A stretch of 32,000 nucleotides of DNA, taken from Candidatus Heimdallarchaeota archaeon. GTDB lineage: Archaea > Asgardarchaeota > Heimdallarchaeia > JABLTI01. The notes under the pieces are model-generated. The model had not been told where the DNA came from, searched no databases, and saw only the letters and a list, made by a program, of their open reading frames with translations. The stretch is taken from positions 30,001-62,000 of the forward strand of contig JAUWKS010000010.1 of assembly GCA_030614005.1 (NCBI GenBank). Direction: 5' to 3'. This document shows, one piece after another, positions 27,219 to 32,000 of the stretch. Positions within the stretch are counted from its first letter, which is position 1. The number at the start of each line of letters is the position of its first letter. Both the position numbers and the translations under genes were made by a program.

Positions 27219-27659
27219 TTAATGGTTAACCATAAAAGTATGGGTTAAGACTTTACCATTATTATATTCGATTCTTATTTGTAGCATTTGTCCTTGTTCA
27301 AGTCCTTCTACATGATATTGGTAGGAGTAGTTCTGACCGTTTTGTATTCTGTGTCTGTATTGCCATTGATATTGTTCTTGGTAAAGTGTTACTTCAGTTG
27401 TACCATTTTTAATTTGGATCTGGTTCATGTATGCGTAATTGTGTTGGTGTTGATATTGATTACCTGCTGGTGTACCTGATTCTTCTTCACATGATAATAC
27501 TATACTTACGGTATCGGTATCTGAATCAGCTGTTGCACTAACAACGGATAATTCGCTGGCATCTGTTGGTGTTACAGCAAAATACACTCCAACTGAGGCT
27601 CCAGCTAAAACGACTACGATGCTTGTAACTAATATTGTAATGAGTACGGATTTCTTCAT
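27219..27659 (-). CDS. Membrane-anchored protein with Gln/Tyr/His/Asn-rich beta-strand domain
   Basis: N-terminal TM helix; NQYQHQHNYAYMNQIQI and YQEQYQWQYRHRIQNGQNYSYQYH segments. Confidence 0.75.
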   Translation of the reverse strand: MKKSVLITILVTSIVVVLAGASVGVYFAVTPTDASELSVVSATADSDTDTVSIVLSCEEESGTPAGNQYQHQHNYAYMNQIQIKNGTTEVTLYQEQYQWQYRHRIQNGQNYSYQYHVEGLEQGQMLQIRIEYNNGKVLTHTFMVNH

Positions 27660-27909
27660 GGTTTAAATCACATGCTAGTATAGTTCACAAAAATACTTAA
27701 ACAATCTCAGAATATTGTTGTAAATTGGTCGCAATGGTTTAAAATAGGTTCAAGATGGGTTTACATTATCATTTTTTGCTTTCATTTCTTAAAATTCCAC
27801 CGTTTTTCAAGATTTTTGGAACAATTTTGCTTCAAAAAATCGATTTCAAAAAAAACAAGTCCATTTTTTAATTAAATCTTGATTATATACCTTATGTTTA
27901 TATAATTTA

Positions 27910-28650
27910 ATGTCAAATAATTTCTTGGGATGTTTTAATATGCGCAAATGTGAAAATTGTGGAACCGAGGTTTTAGATGACAACGTGTTTTGTCATAATT
28001 GTGGAACACAGATACATAGTAATACTGGCTTTAAGCAACCTGATCAAGAGTATCTAAATCATAACAAACAATTTATTGTGACCAAACAGCCTTTGATAGC
28101 TAGAAATTTCTGGTACTGGTATTTGTTATCAATTCTCTTAAGCCCTTTAATGTATCTTTATCTTTACTACAATTTTGAGGATTTGAAAAATTTAGACGAA
28201 TATGAGCGTCCTTCTGAAACTCCCCCAATGAATATAGATATGACTAAAATATTGATTTTGGGTGCTATTGCAATATTTTGTGGATTAGCGGCTTTTATCA
28301 TGCCATATATTTACTACTTAAAACTCGAAAAGTTGTATCAATATATTGAATCGCAACCCTCAAAACAGCAAACTAGAACAGTTTCTGGAAAAAAATTTGC
28401 TGCTATATCTATAGTCTATTTTATTGCAATAATGATTTTATATGTCGTGATGATGTTAGGACTCACTGTTTTTAATTTCAGTAGTGATGCAGGATTTATT
28501 GCTTTTAGTATGAGTTTATATGTATCTATATTTGTTATTATCATTGCTTTTACGATTTATAATATATTTCATTCAAATAAATGGCAAAAGGCATACAATG
28601 AAATTGCTTATTCTATCTGTCCTAAAACAATAAAACAAGATCTCTTCTAA
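27910..28650 (+). CDS. Zinc-ribbon membrane protein (DUF4234-like TM region)
   Basis: CENCG...FCHNCG followed by about 4 TM helices. Probable start is ATG 27940. Confidence 0.75.
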   Translation: MSNNFLGCFNMRKCENCGTEVLDDNVFCHNCGTQIHSNTGFKQPDQEYLNHNKQFIVTKQPLIARNFWYWYLLSILLSPLMYLYLYYNFEDLKNLDEYERPSETPPMNIDMTKILILGAIAIFCGLAAFIMPYIYYLKLEKLYQYIESQPSKQQTRTVSGKKFAAISIVYFIAIMILYVVMMLGLTVFNFSSDAGFIAFSMSLYVSIFVIIIAFTIYNIFHSNKWQKAYNEIAYSICPKTIKQDLF

Positions 28651-28699
28651 AACAGATTAAATTGCTTTCCCGAACAAAATAACCGAATTGCTAGGGAAA

Positions 28700-29371
28700 T
28701 CATTCAATTTTCCGAAATACTAAACAATAACTGTGGTCATATCCATACCCGTAGGATCCGTTTGTTTTTTCTTCTTCCGGTGTTTCCCAATTGATTATTA
28801 TCTCTCCTTGAAATGCTAATATTTCAGCTATTTTTTTACCTATATCCCAAGCTAGGGTTGTTAGTTTATCATCATTTTTTAGATTGGACACTTCAATTAT
28901 TATATACGACCCTTTCCTCATAATTGATTTCAATTTAGTATAGATTGCTTGTATGAAATTTAAATAATCATGGTAGGTCCCTTTTTCAGTAAAACCAGTT
29001 AAAGGATTCTCTTGTTCAAATTCAGTCATATATGTGGGTGAAGAAAAGGCAAAATCCATCATTGGAAGGTTTAGTTTGTCTAAGTTTATTGAATTGTTAT
29101 TATACAAAATTGCCTTGTTTGTAAGTTGATTCTTAACATATTCAAATCGATCCTTTTCTAATTCAATGCCAAAAGGCACTCTACTCATTTCTTCTGCTAC
29201 GAAAAGAGTAGTTCCAAATCCTGCGAAAATATCTATTATCCTATCACCCTGTTTCGTATATTCCTTAAGAAAGAGTTCAACTAGATTTTCAGGAAAACGA
29301 TTATCATCGTGTAGGAACTTTACTGGTAATGAACGATTTTTCTTCATCTTTAAAGTAATCACTGTTCTCAT
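28700..29371 (-). CDS. Orphan amino-(N4-C/N6-A) DNA methyltransferase-like protein
   Basis: Motif I 'IIDIFAGFGTT' precedes a motif IV variant 'DFAFSSPTY'; no adjacent endonuclease. Confidence 0.8.
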   Translation of the reverse strand: MRTVITLKMKKNRSLPVKFLHDDNRFPENLVELFLKEYTKQGDRIIDIFAGFGTTLFVAEEMSRVPFGIELEKDRFEYVKNQLTNKAILYNNNSINLDKLNLPMMDFAFSSPTYMTEFEQENPLTGFTEKGTYHDYLNFIQAIYTKLKSIMRKGSYIIIEVSNLKNDDKLTTLAWDIGKKIAEILAFQGEIIINWETPEEEKTNGSYGYGYDHSYCLVFRKIE

Positions 29372-29633
29372 TTTCGGGATTCCTTAAATTTAACTATATT
29401 ATATAATAAAATGGACAATGAGATTATTCATATGAATTCTTTTTCAATTGCTAGTTATAAATATCTGTATGAGCAAATCAATATCAATTGCTTATTTTAA
29501 TTATTCCAATGTAAATTCTCTAAAGGAATATTATTGATTTATATTTCAGGCCTCTACAAGAAAAAGCTATATTGATCAACAAAACTATTCAAACGATGAA
29601 ACAGCTATAAAAGAAAAAAAAGAAAATGAAAAA

Positions 29634-30914
29634 TTATGATGCTTTTATTACATGAGCATCAAGGTCTTTCATAAAGATTGCCAATACAGTTGATATAGCA
29701 AAAAGGACTGTCATAATTATAAAATTGATGTATATAAAATCGGCATTTAGAGCTTCAGTTACCATTATACATCCAAGCAAAACTATTCCACTAACTTGTC
29801 CAATCCACATCATTAAACCATTTGATGTTTCTTCTGGTAGTGGATGCGTCATTTCCGCAGCATAAGTTAATCCGACTGGCAGTAAAGAAATTAGGAAGAA
29901 ACCAGAGAAAAACGAAGTAATATATCTAGAAACATCAATATTGATAAAGTAGAATAATGGTAGAAGAATTGTTCCGGCACCCATGGCTATTATTATGAAT
30001 AGTTTTCTTTTACGGAAGTGGTCAGATAAAGCTGAAATAATTACAGCTCCTATAATACCACCACCTACAATTAAACTACCAATAATTCCAGGTCTTGGGT
30101 CACCGATTGGATAACTAAATATGACATCAATTACAGCTGAAATTGCATTAAATGAACCAAACCCTAATAAGAAAATGGTAAAGAGTAAATTGAAATCTCG
30201 CTTTTTAAACATAGATCTGGTTCCTTTCAACGCTAATGTTTTACTTTTATCGCTGTATGCATTTGGAGGAGTGGGGGGTTTGTCTCGTACAAAGATCAAG
30301 TAAAGAATCATTGATATTAATGCGGCAATTCCAAAACTCCAAGTGACCCAACTAATTGCTAAGTCAACACCGATTTTTTGCACAAGTAAAGGTGGAATTA
30401 GAAAAGCTGTTAATACACCAAGAAGCATAGACATTGTTCCTAAACCAGAGGCTAATGTTTTCTCTTGTTCAGGGAACCAAGCAGCAGCAAGTTTCGTAAA
30501 TGAATTCAAAACAAAAGGTTGACCTATTGCAGTTAAGATTTGGAAAACTAAAAGCAAGGCGTAATTTTTCGTTATAATAGCGAATACTCTACAAAATCCA
30601 AAAACACCTGTAAATATAACACCTATACCAGTGCCCCATTTTAAGCCAAATTTATCTATTGCCCAACAAGCTAGAAAATTGACTGGGACATAAGCAACCA
30701 TAAAGATTAATGCAAGCACTAGAATTGCTATCTCTGACACGCCAAAAAAACCTGCTGTTTCATCAACAATTACTCCATATGTCACCCAAATGACTTGGGT
30801 CATTGCTCCAGCAAACATAAACAAAATAAGCACTAACCAACGATACTTGTAAGCTTTAAATTCGGGTTCGTTGGTCTTCATAACTTTAATTTCACTTTCA
30901 TTATTTTGAGCCAA
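29634..30914 (-). CDS. MFS transporter, FLVCR/SLC49-like
   Basis: About 12 TM helices; 'YKYRWLVL', motif A 'WAIDKFGLK', 'AAAWFPEQEKTLA', 'LSDHFRKRK'. TTG start with AGGAG SD. Confidence 0.85.
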   Translation of the reverse strand: MAQNNESEIKVMKTNEPEFKAYKYRWLVLILFMFAGAMTQVIWVTYGVIVDETAGFFGVSEIAILVLALIFMVAYVPVNFLACWAIDKFGLKWGTGIGVIFTGVFGFCRVFAIITKNYALLLVFQILTAIGQPFVLNSFTKLAAAWFPEQEKTLASGLGTMSMLLGVLTAFLIPPLLVQKIGVDLAISWVTWSFGIAALISMILYLIFVRDKPPTPPNAYSDKSKTLALKGTRSMFKKRDFNLLFTIFLLGFGSFNAISAVIDVIFSYPIGDPRPGIIGSLIVGGGIIGAVIISALSDHFRKRKLFIIIAMGAGTILLPLFYFINIDVSRYITSFFSGFFLISLLPVGLTYAAEMTHPLPEETSNGLMMWIGQVSGIVLLGCIMVTEALNADFIYINFIIMTVLFAISTVLAIFMKDLDAHVIKAS

Positions 30915-31116
30915 TAATATCTTATCTCCTGTTTACCAACCATTTTTAATTTTAGGTTATGACTCTCTACAATTAAAAAAGATTGTTCAAAAAAACCGAT
31001 AAAATGAAACAATATCTGATGTAATTTACTTGGTTGTCACTAGTAAAACAATATTGCTTGCAGTTTCAACCAAAAAATTCAATGAATAAATAAGAAAGTT
31101 ATAGAATAAATTTCTA

Positions 31117-31638
31117 TCATTCTTTTTTATTTCTAAACCAGTCAATAACTACTTGATCTTCAGTTGATTTAAGAAGATTACATTCTTTTGCTACTGCAAC
31201 AGCAAATTCAGTAAATGCTTGACCCTTGGCAGTAATGATATTCTTGTCAATTTCAACATCGGAATCTGTAAAAATTGCTTTTTGATAATATTTTTATTCA
31301 TCTTCCGCAATTGATCCAGTGCAACGTTTATTATCAAGCAACCCTGAAAAAGCTAAAAAAGTTGGCCCACCACAGATTGCGGCAATTAATTTTTCTTGAT
31401 CATTTAATTCTCGAAGTTTTTCAGTTAGAATATCTATTTTGGATTTTAACTCTTCATTAGAAATGAAAAGTTTAGGTTCACCACCAGGAATTATAAAGAC
31501 ATCAATATCCTTTGTATCAAGATTCTCAATAGAGAAATCAACATGAACTTCTAAGTTACCAATTGATTTTACCAATCCTTCTTTGAAACCAAAAGTAATA
31601 AGCGGCAATTCTCTTAATAGTAAAAGTAATTGTTTTTT
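31117..31638 (-). pseudogene. DJ-1/PfpI family gene with an internal TAA and a damaged 5' end
   Basis: FIIPGG and AAICGGP (catalytic Cys) motifs. The frame continues past TAA 31294-31296 as KYYQKAIFTDSDVEIDKNIITAKGQAFTEFAVAVAKECNLLKSTEDQVVIDWFRNKKE* (stop 31117-31119). The N-terminal strand/Glu motif is not recognisable. Confidence 0.8.
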
Positions 31639-31650
31639 ATGTTATTCAAT

Positions 31651-31923
31651 TTAATCTGAATTTTTGGAAGATTCAGGCCAAAGATATTCCGAAATTTCTT
31701 CACCACACCTACTGCATTTAGCAATTTTAATAACTGCGGTATCAGTATATTCAAAGTTGAATGTCAATCCAAGATCACAAAGAACATCTAAATTACAATA
31801 TTCGCATCTATAATATTTTCTAGGTTCTTTTATATTCGCAGGCCACATATAACTAGAACATGACATACAAAAACTGCGACTATCACACATTAAATGATTT
31901 CCTCTAACTGTCAATTCAATCAA
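31651..31923 (-). CDS. Small Cys-rich (three CxxC) putative zinc-binding protein
   Basis: CMSC, CEYC and CSRC plus two further Cys; start could be ATG at residue 1 or 12. Confidence 0.6.
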   Translation of the reverse strand: MIELTVRGNHLMCDSRSFCMSCSSYMWPANIKEPRKYYRCEYCNLDVLCDLGLTFNFEYTDTAVIKIAKCSRCGEEISEYLWPESSKNSD

Positions 31924-32000
31924 TCACTCTTGATGTATAAATAGTATAATAACAAAAATATAAATAAATATTACTGAATGTAAAATATTTTTGTCATATT

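Noticed and set aside
29469-29639. Plus-strand frame MSKSISIAYF...EYY*FIFQAST...KENEKL* with one internal TGA
   Set aside because: No SD, low-complexity A-rich end overlapping the MFS terminator, no recognisable motif and no SECIS-like element; probably chance.
31294-31296. Programmed readthrough or genetic-code reassignment at the DJ-1 TAA
   Set aside because: TAA is the normal stop of many genes in this window, and the gene has an independent 5' lesion.
1467-31460. Short ORF-track entries overlapping long genes (e.g. 1467-1667, 1585-1863, 2132-2338, 5199-5390, 7589-7876, 8354-8629, 9151-9336, 11395-11598, 11868-12062, 12221-12454, 16657-16842, 17992-18252, 18783-19124, 19545-19739, 21743-21973, 22030-22212, 24557-24817, 26026-26241, 26540-26737, 27288-27479, 29166-29387, 30121-30303, 31275-31460)
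   Set aside because: Shadow or alternate frames of well-supported genes, with no motifs or SD support.

Overview
AT-rich accessory region, most likely archaeal: it has GGTG/GAGGT Shine-Dalgarno motifs, TTTAWAT boxes and T-run terminators. The many signal-peptide + C-terminal TM + basic-tail surface proteins suggest an Asgard/Heimdallarchaeia-like host, but this is inference since no marker gene is present. No rRNA, tRNA, CRISPR array, transposase or integrase was seen. Large modular surface proteins include a triple GATase-like protein, a triple CBM-like protein, a C25 gingipain-like peptidase, a 5xFN3+5xIg protein and an LVIVD-repeat protein. Stand-alone genes encode an acyl-ACP-type thioesterase, a GNAT, a NifB/NifX-family protein, an alpha/beta hydrolase, a serine hydrolase, an orphan DNA methyltransferase and an FLVCR-like MFS transporter. 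Best leads: (1) a single-gene RelA/SpoT-synthetase + TPR-sensor + SLOG fusion, a candidate nucleotide-signalling conflict system; (2) two tandem paralogous 28-29 aa basic peptides absent from the ORF track, next to a candidate structured RNA; (3) a cluster of Cys-less sulfite-oxidase-fold proteins beside an NPP-like phosphodiesterase; (4) several gene relics, mostly 3' tails sitting directly behind intact co-directional genes. All family calls are motif recognition by eye; no searches were run.
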